A stretch of 63,421 bases of DNA, counting the filler, from Nemertoderma westbladi (taxonomy: Eukaryota > Animalia > Xenacoelomorpha): assembly GCA_032718475.1 (NCBI GenBank). It is 4 parts of 4 records of this genome, joined end to end, with 100 filler letters (N's around TTAATTAATTAA, not from the genome) between each part and the next. Parts side by side here need not be neighbours in the genome. Positions count along the whole stretch, not along the records: positions 1 to 27,162 come from JAUCBJ010006980.1; positions 27,263 to 49,061 come from JAUCBJ010005537.1; 2 more parts are not named here. One strand, given 5' to 3'. The notes under the pieces were generated by a model. The model was not told the DNA's origin. It was given only the letters and a program-made list of their open reading frames with translations, and made no database searches. The position numbers were made by a program, and so were the translations under genes. Below, piece after piece: positions 25,093 through 36,220 of this stretch; position 1 is the stretch's first letter; each line of letters opens with the position of its first letter.

Positions 25093-26589
25093 GTATCAAA
25101 ATAATTAATAACCGAAATATGAAACCAAATAATCAATACATTTCTTTGTATAGTTGATCATCAAGTACTGCTTTACTGTTTATTGCGCTTAGTCTATGTA
25201 TGAAAAAATAAAGCTTTTGTCAATAAAGCTTATGTTCACCAGAGCTAGAAACTTAACTTAGCTACAAACTCTTATAAACCGCTAAGATACAATATGCTGG
25301 TACCCACCTGCGAAGCCAGGTATTCCAGCAACAAACAACAACACAACAAACAACACCTATATGGAAACACAATTAAGTAACAAATTATGCACAATCAAGT
25401 AGCATTATATTATGCTATAGATAACACCTAGATGGAAACACAATTATATAGGTAACACAATTAAACACAATCAAGTAGCATTATTTATATATACATCATT
25501 GCTTAGCTTAATAACCTGAACTCCTCCATTTATATGAGCAGCAAAAACAAATTTTATAGGGGATCCTCCATTAAAGAGGTAAACTACTAATGAAGGGGGG
25601 GGGGGGTGATGTGCACGAATGAAAGGAAATAATTGGTTTCAAAATTGTTTCTGATTTAAGGTTGCTCCAGGTGGCTCATTCTTGCCATCAGATGAGATCC
25701 CATCTCCAGACTCATCGTATGACTCCTCAAAACTCAAATGAATGAATGAATGAATTCATGAATGAATGAATGAATGAAAACTCAAACTGCCTTAGCATTA
25801 ACCTTGACAGCATCACCAAGAGAGTCCTTATCAGATCTGCACTTCACCCGATACGCTTTATTAAGTCGACATTGGGAGTACTTCCCTCTAAAGACCACAA
25901 GTCACGTCATTTTTCAAGTTTTATGCTTAAACTTTTAAACTCTGGTGACATAGTTTATATCTGAATATCAAATATCCAGAGCAAGTAATAAAAGGTATAA
26001 AATAAATTTAAGATTGTTTGTGTTTAACAACAATTAGCCCTTGATATCTATAAGCTCTTAATTCAGTTGGCAAAAAACCCAAAACTTGATAGCCATACAT
26101 TATGAAATTCTTCTGATTCTGAAACCTCAACAGAAAATATGTGTGATATGTAACTCAATAACAAGCAACTGTACTTGCAATAGAGCAATCCCATTCTTGG
26201 ATGGGTGTGAGAAGATTCTGAGAGATAAAGGGACTGAACAAAAAGTGACCACATACCATCCAGTACTAAGAAGTGTGGTAATTATTGCTAAGATGAAAGG
26301 CCGTGGTCTAACTGAACAGAACACTCAGATAATATAGCTAAATTGTTATTGATAAATAAATTTTTTACATCTGTGAACATGATAATATTATGTAGCAGTA
26401 GCATCCTATGGGCATGGGCACATGGTTAATTTGCACCACAGTAATAACCCACACACACACCCCCCCCCCCCCCCCCTGATCTATATATTATTAATGATAA
26501 CAGTTTAGACAACCAGGTAACAGGTAAGATTAATTAATGCTATCCCACTTTCTCCCACACTATCCCACACCATTTGGCGACAGCGGCAC

Positions 26590-27162
26590 ATAGCTACGAA
26601 CTAACTATAAAGAAGCTTACCCAAACAAGATGGTCTTCACGTATCAGCTCAGTAAGTGCTGTGAAAAACCGATATACTAATATTGTGAAGGTCCTGATAA
26701 ATATCGGATTAAAATCTTCCAAACCAAAGGAAAAAAGGTGGACGCAGCTGGCTTGAAGGCAAAAATGGTCAGATTTGAATTCATTGCCATGCTAGTGCTC
26801 TGGGAGAGAATATTGACTTCTGTAAATAAAGTTTCAGTGGAGCTACAGTCAGTGGAAATGCATCTCTCGAGGGCAACAAGGTTGCTTACAGTAATGGCAC
26901 TCACAGAACTGAAGCTGATCCGCTCCAGTTGTGGAACATCATTATTTTGAGAGCAACAGAACTGGTCTCCTGCTGGGATGTTGGTGACACCACATTTCGC
27001 TCTGTGAGACAGCAAAGGACTCCAAAATTTAATGAAGAACTGGCCAATGACCAGCGAGTGCAGGATCCAAGTGAGGCATTTCGGGTGCACACATTTCTTC
27101 TCATCATCGATACGGCAATTGGTCAGCTGGAGCACCGCTTTGAGGGCCACAAGCTAATAGGT
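26590..27162 (+). pseudogene. hAT (ZMYM1/Tip100-like) transposase fragment, frameshifted, running into the gap
   Basis: LTIKKLTQTRWSSRISSV, FEFIAMLVLWERILTSVNKVSVELQS and FRVHTFLLIIDTAIGQLEHRF occur in three frames. A possible N-terminal remnant lies at 25770-25964. Confidence 0.85.
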
Positions 27163-27262
27163 NNNNNNNNNNNNNNNNNNNNNNNNNNNNNNNNNNNNNN
27201 NNNNNNTTAATTAATTAANNNNNNNNNNNNNNNNNNNNNNNNNNNNNNNNNNNNNNNNNNNN
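27163..27262. other. Assembly gap with TTAATTAATTAA linker
   Basis: N run, TTAATTAATTAA, N run, 100 bp in total. The same structure occurs at 49062 and 57913. Confidence 0.97.
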
Positions 27263-27296
27263 TCATCATCATAATGTTTTTTATGTACTCACAATA

Positions 27297-27331
27297 GCCG
27301 CTTGAGGTCTGATGACCTCATTTACAAGCGG
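27297..27331 (-). other. LINE 3' UTR stem-loop (putative RT recognition signal)
   Basis: The minus strand reads ccgcttg-taaat-gaggtc-atca-gacctc-aagcgg, just before a (TGA)n tail that runs into the gap. Confidence 0.55.
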
Positions 27332-27466
27332 GTTGTGGTAAGGCATGTATAACATTAGAGTGATATACAGAAGTACAATTTTTACCGGTAAATTAAATAA
27401 AATAAGCAAAAAGTTTAAGAGTTAGATCCGTAATGTAAAATCTGGATTTTTCTATTCGTTGAATCG

Positions 27467-30400
27467 TTATATCGTCATATTTTCTTCGAGCCGTTTTTTG
27501 CAGTTAACTGCAAACGACTTCAGTGAACGAGATTCGACCAGTGTGTTAGGAATTTTGTTCCATAACACGCTGGCAGAGTAACTGAAGGTCTTCTGAGTGG
27601 CGCTGAGGTGGGTTTGTGGCAAGATAACGAGATGTGTGGTGGCGTGGCGGGTTGGGTAATTGTGAGATTCCGAAGCAAGTTGGAACGATTTAATTAGATA
27701 ATTCGGCGCAGTTTTGTTAACAATTCGATATGCTAGTTTCAACTGGTTGAGCATCACCATTTTCCTTACGGAAAGCCATTTTAACGATGCCAACTCTTGA
27801 TTTCCGATGTGTGACAACCTGTAATTTCTCTCGCCGTTTATCCATCGAATTTTCTGGTGGTTAAATATCATTCGAACTAACGAGTTCTGGTGAGATTGGA
27901 GTTTACTCTTAAATTTCTGCTGACAGAAATTATAGTAGCAAACATTGGCATAGTTAAAGTACGGCAGAGCGAGAGCCGTTGCGAGATTCTTCGCAGTACG
28001 AGTTGAGAAACATCTCCGTAGTTTCCATAGAAACCCGACTGTTTGTGATATTTTTCCCATAATCGCCCTGCCGTGCTCCTTAAATTTAAGCTGCTCATCT
28101 ATTATTACTCCGAGATATTTCACCTTCTTCGATTTCTCTACTCCTGAAACATTGTACTTCTCATCGATTTTCTGCATCATCACTGGAGTTCCAAAAAACA
28201 ACAATTTGCATTTATCTGGGTGCACTGTCAGTTTATTATCGATAAACCATTGAGACAGCGCAGCAAATTGTGATTCCATATTGCACTTCAGTTCGTTGAT
28301 GTCCTTCGAGCAACACTGTAGCGTTGTATCATCTGCAAAAAGCTTGATGCTAGCTATAGTGGAGTCTATGGAGCATCCAATGTCGTTAATAAATATGGAG
28401 TATAGGATCGGTCCTAAAATTGATCCCTGGGGTACTCCATATGAGACAACCTCCTCATCACTAGTCTCCCATTTGATACTGACACACATTGTTCGATTGG
28501 ATAAGTAGCTCCGGAACCATTCGACACTCTCATTGGATAAACCAATAGCTGACAGCTTCCGAAGCAGTAGACTGTGCTCTACACAATCGAACGCCTTTTT
28601 GACGTCGAGGAACAGCATTCCTGTGTAGACATGTTTATCTTTACTAAACTGAATCGAATCGCACGTATCTACTAGAGTTGTTTCGGTAGAAAAGTTTTTT
28701 CTAAATCCACTCTGGAAGTCAACGATGACGTATTTCTTGTCTAGGTAACATTGTAGTTGTTCTTTAACAGCCCGCTCCAGCAACTTCGATACAATCGGTA
28801 ACACCGACACTGGCCGATAATTGCTGCAGTCTTCCCTATCTCCTTTTTTGTAAAGAGGGGTTACCCTAGCGCGCTTATGGTCATCTGGAAATTGAGAAGT
28901 TTCAATTGAGACATTTACCAAATGCGTTAGCGGTTCTGCAATTATAGCACTAGCATCTTTTAAGAGGTTAGCACTAATCCCATCCAGTCCCGCGGCTTTA
29001 TACAATGGTAACTCGCTCAAGAATGTCTTCGTAAACCGAGTACTTATGGGCTGTAGTCGGAAGTTGTTATCGCTCAATTTGGAGTAATAGTGGTTTAGCT
29101 GATCTTTATATGACGGATTTGCATGAGGGAGTACTTGAGCTAATGCAGCGCCTATTGTTGCGAAAAACCTGCAAAATATACCAGTCACCTCAGATGTTTT
29201 TGAGTACGTTTTTTCATCCTTTTTCAACGTGACCTTCCTGGTATCTGTCCCCTTTCCCGGCAGTAGTCGTTTAAGGGTTTTCCACAGTTTATGCTGATCT
29301 GTACCACACTCATCGACCTTTCGTTGGAAATAATCACCTTTGGTTGCACGGATATCCTTTGTGCAACGATTGCGTAGCAGCTTTGCGTGCGCAAAATCGC
29401 CATGATCTTTAGTCCTTAGAGCCTTCTGTCTTGCTTGATCTCTCTTAAGGAGTTGGTGACTTAGGTTTGGAGTCATCCAAGGCGTGTCATTTCCCCCCTT
29501 CGCCCTTCTCTCTTTCACAGGAGCATGTTCATCGCACACACCTATAAACTTCGTTTTAAACCAGATCCACAGGTCGTTGACATTGGTTAGTTGGTAATAC
29601 TCATCCCACGCCAGGTTTCGCATACTCGATGCAAATTCCAGCTTCTCATAAGACCTCATACATCGATATTTCACAATTCTCGGTCCAGTTGATATCTTTT
29701 CACTCCTTGATTTCTTCCGTATGGCGTACACGGTATAATGATCTGAAGTAAAAGACTTTATCACTCCTGACTCCGAAATCATGTCAGATTTGTTTGTGAA
29801 AATCAAATCCAATATAGATTTTCTCGTTTCACATTCCCTTGTTGGTTCCTTTATAAGCTGTTTGATGTTACGATCGTTACAGAATTGTTTCAGCGAGTTG
29901 TTCTCTTGTAGCTGATCTGCATTCAAGTCGCCCAACAGTATCAACTCGTTCTTTTCGAACAACGGTTGGAAGTGTTGTTCGAACTTTGTTGCTGAGATCT
30001 TATCGTCATTTGGTCGATAAACTACTCCTGTTGTTATTCGATGCTTGCTTTTGAACTCGATGTCAATCATAACACTTTCAATCCCATCCTTGTTTAGTTC
30101 CAGCTCAGGTCTTTCTCTCACCGTGTACTTTTCATCAACATAAAGCATCACCCCACCTCCATTTTTCGTACGATCTTTTCTTAACGGCGGATGGTAGCCG
30201 GCGATTAGTAACTCGTTGTTCGACACATCGTCTGACAGCTTCGTCTCCGATAGTGCGAGAACAGTTGGTTTACATCTACTAACAGCGTACCGCACTTCGT
30301 TTATCTTATTAGGATAAATGGTATTTACGTTTAGATGCACAAATTTCATCCCTTTCTTACTTCCGAGATCATCGAAAATAGAAACATTTATACTCTCCGA

Positions 30401-30616
30401 GTCATCCGTCGTGCTGTTCCTCCCGCTGTTTCCTGCGTCCGATGCCGACATACTGGAATTAGTACCGGTCGTCATCGCCCCGATGATCGATGGCATTATC
30501 ATCGCCGCTCCCATTATCGCTAATATGAACGTATATTGCATTGATATCAAAGCAACGATCAATGATGTTGATCGATGACGATCAATGAGTAAATGATGTT
30601 GTTTTCTTTTTAACAT
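27467..30616 (-). CDS. Intact L2/Crack/Daphne-type (CR1 group) LINE ORF2: APE endonuclease plus reverse transcriptase, 1049 aa
   Basis: APE motifs are HLNVN, LALSETKL, GGGVMLY, VYRP, LGDLN, LDLIF and SDH. RT motifs are [41 protein letters not shown] and KYLGVIID. Confidence 0.95.
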   Translation of the reverse strand: MLKRKQHHLLIDRHRSTSLIVALISMQYTFILAIMGAAMIMPSIIGAMTTGTNSSMSASDAGNSGRNSTTDDSESINVSIFDDLGSKKGMKFVHLNVNTIYPNKINEVRYAVSRCKPTVLALSETKLSDDVSNNELLIAGYHPPLRKDRTKNGGGVMLYVDEKYTVRERPELELNKDGIESVMIDIEFKSKHRITTGVVYRPNDDKISATKFEQHFQPLFEKNELILLGDLNADQLQENNSLKQFCNDRNIKQLIKEPTRECETRKSILDLIFTNKSDMISESGVIKSFTSDHYTVYAIRKKSRSEKISTGPRIVKYRCMRSYEKLEFASSMRNLAWDEYYQLTNVNDLWIWFKTKFIGVCDEHAPVKERRAKGGNDTPWMTPNLSHQLLKRDQARQKALRTKDHGDFAHAKLLRNRCTKDIRATKGDYFQRKVDECGTDQHKLWKTLKRLLPGKGTDTRKVTLKKDEKTYSKTSEVTGIFCRFFATIGAALAQVLPHANPSYKDQLNHYYSKLSDNNFRLQPISTRFTKTFLSELPLYKAAGLDGISANLLKDASAIIAEPLTHLVNVSIETSQFPDDHKRARVTPLYKKGDREDCSNYRPVSVLPIVSKLLERAVKEQLQCYLDKKYVIVDFQSGFRKNFSTETTLVDTCDSIQFSKDKHVYTGMLFLDVKKAFDCVEHSLLLRKLSAIGLSNESVEWFRSYLSNRTMCVSIKWETSDEEVVSYGVPQGSILGPILYSIFINDIGCSIDSTIASIKLFADDTTLQCCSKDINELKCNMESQFAALSQWFIDNKLTVHPDKCKLLFFGTPVMMQKIDEKYNVSGVEKSKKVKYLGVIIDEQLKFKEHGRAIMGKISQTVGFLWKLRRCFSTRTAKNLATALALPYFNYANVCYYNFCQQKFKSKLQSHQNSLVRMIFNHQKIRWINGERNYRLSHIGNQELASLKWLSVRKMVMLNQLKLAYRIVNKTAPNYLIKSFQLASESHNYPTRHATTHLVILPQTHLSATQKTFSYSASVLWNKIPNTLVESRSLKSFAVNCKKRLEENMTI

Positions 30617-30879
30617 TCACTTTTGATTTCGATGCCGACCACTTCACCCGTTTACTTTTGATTTAGAAGTTCAACGTAACAAGTTATACTGTTGCAAATT
30701 TGAGGTAGATTTTGCACCATTGTCCGGTTACTATTTTTATATACCAGAAGGGAGCAATATAACATCTTTGAAAGAACAGAGATCACTGTGTTTTGGCACT
30801 ATCTTGGAATGGTTGTGGATGTCCATAAATAAAAACTCACTGAAGGACCGTGTAATTTTGTTTATGTATGAATATAACT

Positions 30880-32358
30880 ACGTAATAGATGATTCCAAGA
30901 TGACTCTACAATCCAGGATTCGAATGTCAACTGTATAGGGACGGAACCCATAAGACCATGAGTTGTAAGCACTGGCAAGCGTTGCCCAAACAAGATCGTG
31001 TAGCCTACACAGACGCAAACGGACTATGTCATCGTTGTGTGGTAGAAGGACACAGATCCGGAGAGTGTAGAGAAACAGCAATAGGGGATGACGAGACTGG
31101 AGGCCAAACAATGGCTACAAGCACGACAGGAGTAAGGAGGAAGAGGAAAGTACTACTCGGGGTAGTACCAGTGAAGATAACAGGAAGGGGCGGCCGATCA
31201 GTCACAACATTAATGCTGGTCGGCAGCAGAGCAGCCTTCACGCTGGTGGAGAATTGGGTGGCCGAAGAGATAGGGCTAAAGACGAGGCCGAGTAGGATGG
31301 CGGTAACTACCGTCTCGAGTAAGGATGAGGTCCTGGAGATGAGGACGGGACGGTGCAAGATATCAGCAATTGCACCGGGATGTGATTATGGGGCGACCAT
31401 CGACCCCATTCAGATTATAGAATCGATAAATATAAATGCCAGGAGACCAACTAACATCGAGGTCGAGCAGTACCGGTTCCTGGACGATATCGATTTTTCA
31501 ATACCGGAGGTGGACGTCTCGAAGGTATCCATCATAGTGGGTATGGACTGCCCGATGGCCCACGAAAGAGTACAGACGATCTTCAGGGAAGACAGACAGT
31601 GGGATCCGACGGAGATTCTCACGCCGTTCGGATGGACACTTAGCGGCCCAATTAAAACCAAGATTCCACACAGGGTGTCGGAGACATCAGGGTGCATGCA
31701 ACCAGGCATAGTTAAGGACATAGAGGAGAAACCAGAGACGGTAGATAAACTAAAAGGAGAAGTAACAGCAAGAGAGTGGGTGGAGGAGAATGGATTCGAC
31801 GCGGAAGACTAAGAGACAATGGGATGGAACAAGGATGTTCCCAGCAAGTATCGGTATGGGGATGGAGAGGAGTGGACGGCGAGATGTCCGGAGGACAACA
31901 GTCCGGAGGAGTGTCCGGAGGAGCGTCTGGAGGAGTTTCTGGAGGAGTGTCCAGAGGAGTGTCCGGAAAAGACGCCGGTCCGGTTGAGAGGCATACCGAC
32001 AAGGGGGAGGTCGAGTAAGAAGACAGGATGGAGAGGGATAGGATTACTATTGTCCGTTCTGTTTTATCTATTCTTCCGATTTCTTTTCATTCTACCGGCA
32101 GGCAAAGATCAGATGAAGGGTGGCATTTTGCTGCTAGGAGATCAGTAACTTAAGAAGGCGGCAGAGAGACCCGATTTTAGGGTGGCAGAAGAGGGAGAAC
32201 CAATTCATGGTGAGTTGGAATTGGCGAGGATAGTGGGTCGAAAGAAAAGAGGACGTATAGGGGGGGGCAGTGGGAGAATGCCTCCTGGAAGCAACGATGG
32301 AAGATCAAGGGGGACCTTAGAGTTTAGTCGTCCAAATGTTGGACTGCGGGGGTGAGAA
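30880..32358 (+). mobile_element. Internally deleted Bel/Pao element: gag knuckles, decayed protease, polypurine tract
   Basis: ORF 30958-31812 has HKTMSC..GLCHRCVVEGHRSGEC, VLLGVVPVKI, VSIIVGMD and LTPFGWTLSGP. The catalytic DSG reads VGSR. No RT, RNase H or integrase core is present. A PPT-like gggggtgagaa lies at 32348-32358. Confidence 0.8.
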
Positions 32359-33400
32359 TGAGGGCGAGACGCCCTTCCCACACATAGAAATATAAATAAT
32401 TAAAAATAATTAAAATAAGAAAATAAGTAGAAAGTTAGAAAGTAGTAGTTAGAAAAGCTAGAAAGTAATAGTTAGTAGATAGTTAGATAGTAGGTAAGTA
32501 AGAAAGTTAGTAGAAGTTAGTTAGAGTTAGAAGTCAGCGGGTATAGGCAGTGTGGTATATAGATATTCCATGGGAGTAGGGGGGTACGTAGTACCGTTAC
32601 GTTAGAAGTCGGAGGGTATAGGGAGTGTGGTATATTGACATGCCACGAGTAGTAGCAGAAGGGTTGTGGGCACCGGAAGCGCCACGTAGAGGTAGTAGCA
32701 GAGGGGTTGTGGGCACCGGAAGCGCCACATAGAAAGTAGTAGTAGAGTGGTTGTGGGCACCGAAAGCGCCACGTAGATAGAGGTAGTAGCAGAGAGGGGT
32801 TGTGGGCACCGAAAGCGCCACGTAGTTAGAGAGTTAGTAGAGCTAGGAATTAGAGTTTGTAGAGTTAGAGTTAGTAGAGAGTTAGTAGAGTTAGGAATTG
32901 GAGTTAGTAGAGTAACAGAGTTAGTAAAGTTAGAGAGTAAGAGGTTACGTAGTACCATTAGAATAGTTAGTAGAGTAAGAGAGTTAGTAGAGTTAAGAGA
33001 GTTACGTAGAGAGCTAGTATGGTTAGTATAGTTAGTATAGTTAGTATAGTTAGTATAGTTAGTATAGTTAGTATAGTTAGTATAGTTAGTACAGTTAGTA
33101 AAATTAGCAGAGTTAGTAGAGTAAGAAGTAAGTAGTAAGTAAGAATGATAGCACAGGGGTAGCATAAGAACTTGACACTTTGAGAGCAGTATGAGAGGAG
33201 TATGGAGAGGAGCTGTTGGCGAGAGAGAGTGCAGACGAGTGCGATTCAGGTGTGGGGAGAGAGCAGAGTGGAGTTAGAGTGGAGTTAGAGTGGAGTTAGA
33301 GTGAAGTAAGATAGAGCAGAGTGAGAAGTTAGAGTTTAGAGAGTGAGAAAGCTTTTTAAAATTGTGTGAGAGAAATCCACAATTGTCTCAAACCGAGACG
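32359..33400 (+). mobile_element. Putative 3' LTR rich in tandem repeats
   Basis: Begins TG right after the PPT. It contains four copies of ggttgtgggcaccgRaagcgccac (32660-32825), (gttagtata)n at 33022-33090 and (agagtggagt)-type repeats. The right boundary is uncertain. Confidence 0.5.
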
Positions 33401-33894
33401 CCAGATGTCTTGGTGCAACATAGGTTGCGGTTGCACCAAGAGAGGGTAGTAATATCATACCCAGAGGGAGCGGCCTGGAAAGCCGACTCCAAGTAAGAGA
33501 ACTCCACCCCACACCCGATAGTAGATCGGATTCCAGCGGAATTGAAGCGCACTCAGAGGTTGATGCTATCTTCTCACCGGGAAGATAGCATGGGGGGGGG
33601 AGTGTGAGCGGATTCAATTCCGCCTCATTACCCTCATAAAGTTGGGAAGTGGCGTTTACAGCAATATTGGGGATATGAGGTTAATCACAATTAATCTCGT
33701 ATCACACCCAATAACGGGGACAACATACAGCCCCGAAGGCCACACACAAAAGAGGTTAGAGGTCAATCTACCTCGAGAGGGGAAGTAACAGCAGTGGGGG
33801 GGAAGCACTCCCACAGAGGTGGGAGCCGAGAATTAGGTTATCAACTAATGGGAGCGGAGAGCATCCACTGATAGAGGGGCCAAGGTAATGTAGG

Positions 33895-34181
33895 AGTGAC
33901 GATCATATATATTATGTTGCATACCTCATTACCGGTCAGTTTAGTTATCAGTCATTAGTTTGGCGCAGGCCGGCAACCAGTTCGACCGTCACTGCGGTGC
34001 TGCTGTATATATTATATTTCTACCGGTTAACTTACTCTGTGCTATCATTAGTTTCCATTATATATTATCAGTCAGTCAGTCGAACACCGAACTCAAACCT
34101 TTTATACCTTATCACACCCACCTATCAGCCTGCGGTGACGTGTAAGAACACAACCCAGTCGGGATCCCCTGATCCCGTCAC
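33895..34181 (+). mobile_element. Possible solo LTR (Gypsy-like)
   Basis: It ends gatcccgtcaca and starts agtgacgatc, one mismatch from the complementary TGTGACG. It has an internal TATA-like tract. No TSD was seen. Confidence 0.3.
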
Positions 34182-34199
34182 ATAACTACAGAAGACCCC

Positions 34200-35254
34200 A
34201 TGTACTTTTAATTATCAAAAATCCTTAAATTATTAACCTCTAAGGCGAATAAAATACCAAAACGATACTGGAAATACATAAATAATAAAATATGCCCTTT
34301 GCTATGGTAACAAAAAAGCAATGACTTCGCTTCTGATCATCAATGTTGACTATATAACATATTGATATGCATCTGAAATACACACGACATGTTTCTGACT
34401 GATATTCTACATATTACAAAATGTTTCCCGTTGCTATGGTAATAAGAAAAGACCTGCTGCGTCGGTAAATAATAATTGTATGGTTATGAACATGTAAGGC
34501 AATTGACCCTAAATTGATTTCTTTTTAAACTGACAGTAACTATATGTAAAGTGATGAAACATTGTACAAGGTTATTTTTTGCTAGCTTCCATGGATACAT
34601 AGCAACTGCTAATCCATTTTTATGGCGCCACCATTAAAAATATAGAGGGTCTTATTGACAATATATTTGGAATGTTTCAATGATTTTATCCCAAGGGGAA
34701 CACGTATTTGGCAATGGTTAAGAAAAATATTGATATTTGCCAAAATTCACCTAAATTTGCAGTAAAAACGACATTTTAAGACGTATTTCGAACAGTTGCC
34801 ATGGTAACTGGGATCTAAAATGTACCTCAATGGATTCTGGTCCTACTGGGGTAGGTCAAGGTTAGAATTCTGTACAGTCAATAGAAAGTGGTCTTTGCAA
34901 ATAACCTCGTGTTGCCATGGTGCATCAGGACCCAAACGGGACGCGTTACTTGATAAGTCTTACTAACTTCATGAAAATTCTTTTATAGCTATTTAGAGTG
35001 ACTTGAGGATTATATCAATAGTAAAACCGGCTGGGGTCCAATGGACCCCAATCGGTAATCCGCGTGGCCAAACTAATAAAATTGAAATAAAAATAAAAAT
35101 TATTATTATTACATTATTCTAATACATTGCAATTGAGGAATACATCCAAATGCACGAATTCGTAGAATTTTGAGTTCACACAAGTTGTAGAAAAAAAGTT
35201 ATGACAGTTTAAAAATGATTTGGGGTCCAATGGACCCCATCCGTAGTCCGTGGG
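34200..35254. mobile_element. piggyBac-like non-autonomous element, right end
   Basis: Ends GGG followed by TTAA (35255-35258). The subterminal palindrome ggggtccaatggacccc occurs at 35033 and 35222. The left end is unclear. Confidence 0.45.
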
Positions 35255-36178
35255 TTAAACCCGCCATTTAGACCGTTTTCACGTATTTTTCCAAAAACTC
35301 ACCCTGCCATTCGATTCAGGGCTCCTTGTTACCCCTTATTGAATTGTTTCTAGCCCATAATTTTTTCGCGCACCAACCCACCTGTATTAATTGTCAAAAT
35401 TGTGTTCCTAATGTCATAAAACATGATATACTGTAATAATAATAGGCCCATGACCCACTATAGATACGACCAGGAAAGCTGCTGCAAAGCCCCTAAATTC
35501 AGTGGTCCAGTTATTACTCTTAGATAGAACCCCTGAAACAAAATGTCTAGCGCGTCGAAAGTACTTTGTCCCTAACTAAAATTATATCCTCTTTCAGATG
35601 AGAGAAATAAAAATGTAATAGCTCCATTAGTTTTCGAGATATGAACAGTGCCGGATTAACCTTAAGGCATATAAGGCACGTGCCTTAGGGCCAGCCGAAA
35701 ATCCGGGCCATTTTTTCTCAGCGAGTCATTCCTGTGAAAAAGAACATTTAGTCCACGTTTTTCTCACTATTTGTAGAAAACAGAGCAAGAAAGTGCATCT
35801 TTCGACTACTTTCTATCCCTAAATTTGTGATAGAAAGTGCAATATTCTAGCTCAGTCAACCGACAGGTGCTGTGTTATTAGTTCGAGACCTGATGGCTGG
35901 GAAATAATAAAACTTGGGCTGTAAAACTTTAAAGTGCTAATTATGAACAATGGAGAATTTAAATTTATTTATTTGTGGGGAATTATTTGTAGTTATGCTC
36001 TTAAACTTTCTAGAACAACCAATAAATTTATTTGTACTTCCCTCCTGTTTCACTCTAACATACTTGAGGCCGGTAGGTCCGCTGTTAGAGATAGGATATG
36101 CAACTTAAGACTGCCCGTTCAATAGAAGTGGATTCGGTGAGATAGTGAATGTCAGGGACAAGTGGCTGAACTGGTTAT

Positions 36179-36220
36179 CGCTACTGCTGAGGCCTGATAG
36201 GCTGAAACGTACGTGTAGCG
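36179..36220 (+). ncRNA. Minimal type I hammerhead-ribozyme-like motif (variant core)
   Basis: The sequence is CGCTA-CTGCTGA-GGCCT gat AGGCT-GAAA-CGTACG-TG-TAGCG, giving helix I, core, helix II and a palindromic helix III. It deviates from consensus at A6 (C) and at the cleavage site (G). Confidence 0.6.

Noticed and set aside
27207-27218. TTAATTAATTAA motif repeated three times in the window
   Set aside because: It always sits in the middle of a 100-bp N block, so it is an artificial scaffolding linker.
27310-27316. CTGATGA as a hammerhead core or C/D-box motif
   Set aside because: There is no GAAA or helix III at the right spacing. It is the loop region of the LINE 3' hairpin on the other strand.
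32660-32825. CRISPR-like array of four ggttgtgggcaccgRaagcgccac repeats
   Set aside because: The spacers are short and similar to each other (agtagcagag variants), there are no cas genes, and the context is a eukaryotic LTR. It is a minisatellite.
32597-33165. TNY-repeat and Thr/Leu-rich ORFs
   Set aside because: They are translations of LTR tandem repeats.
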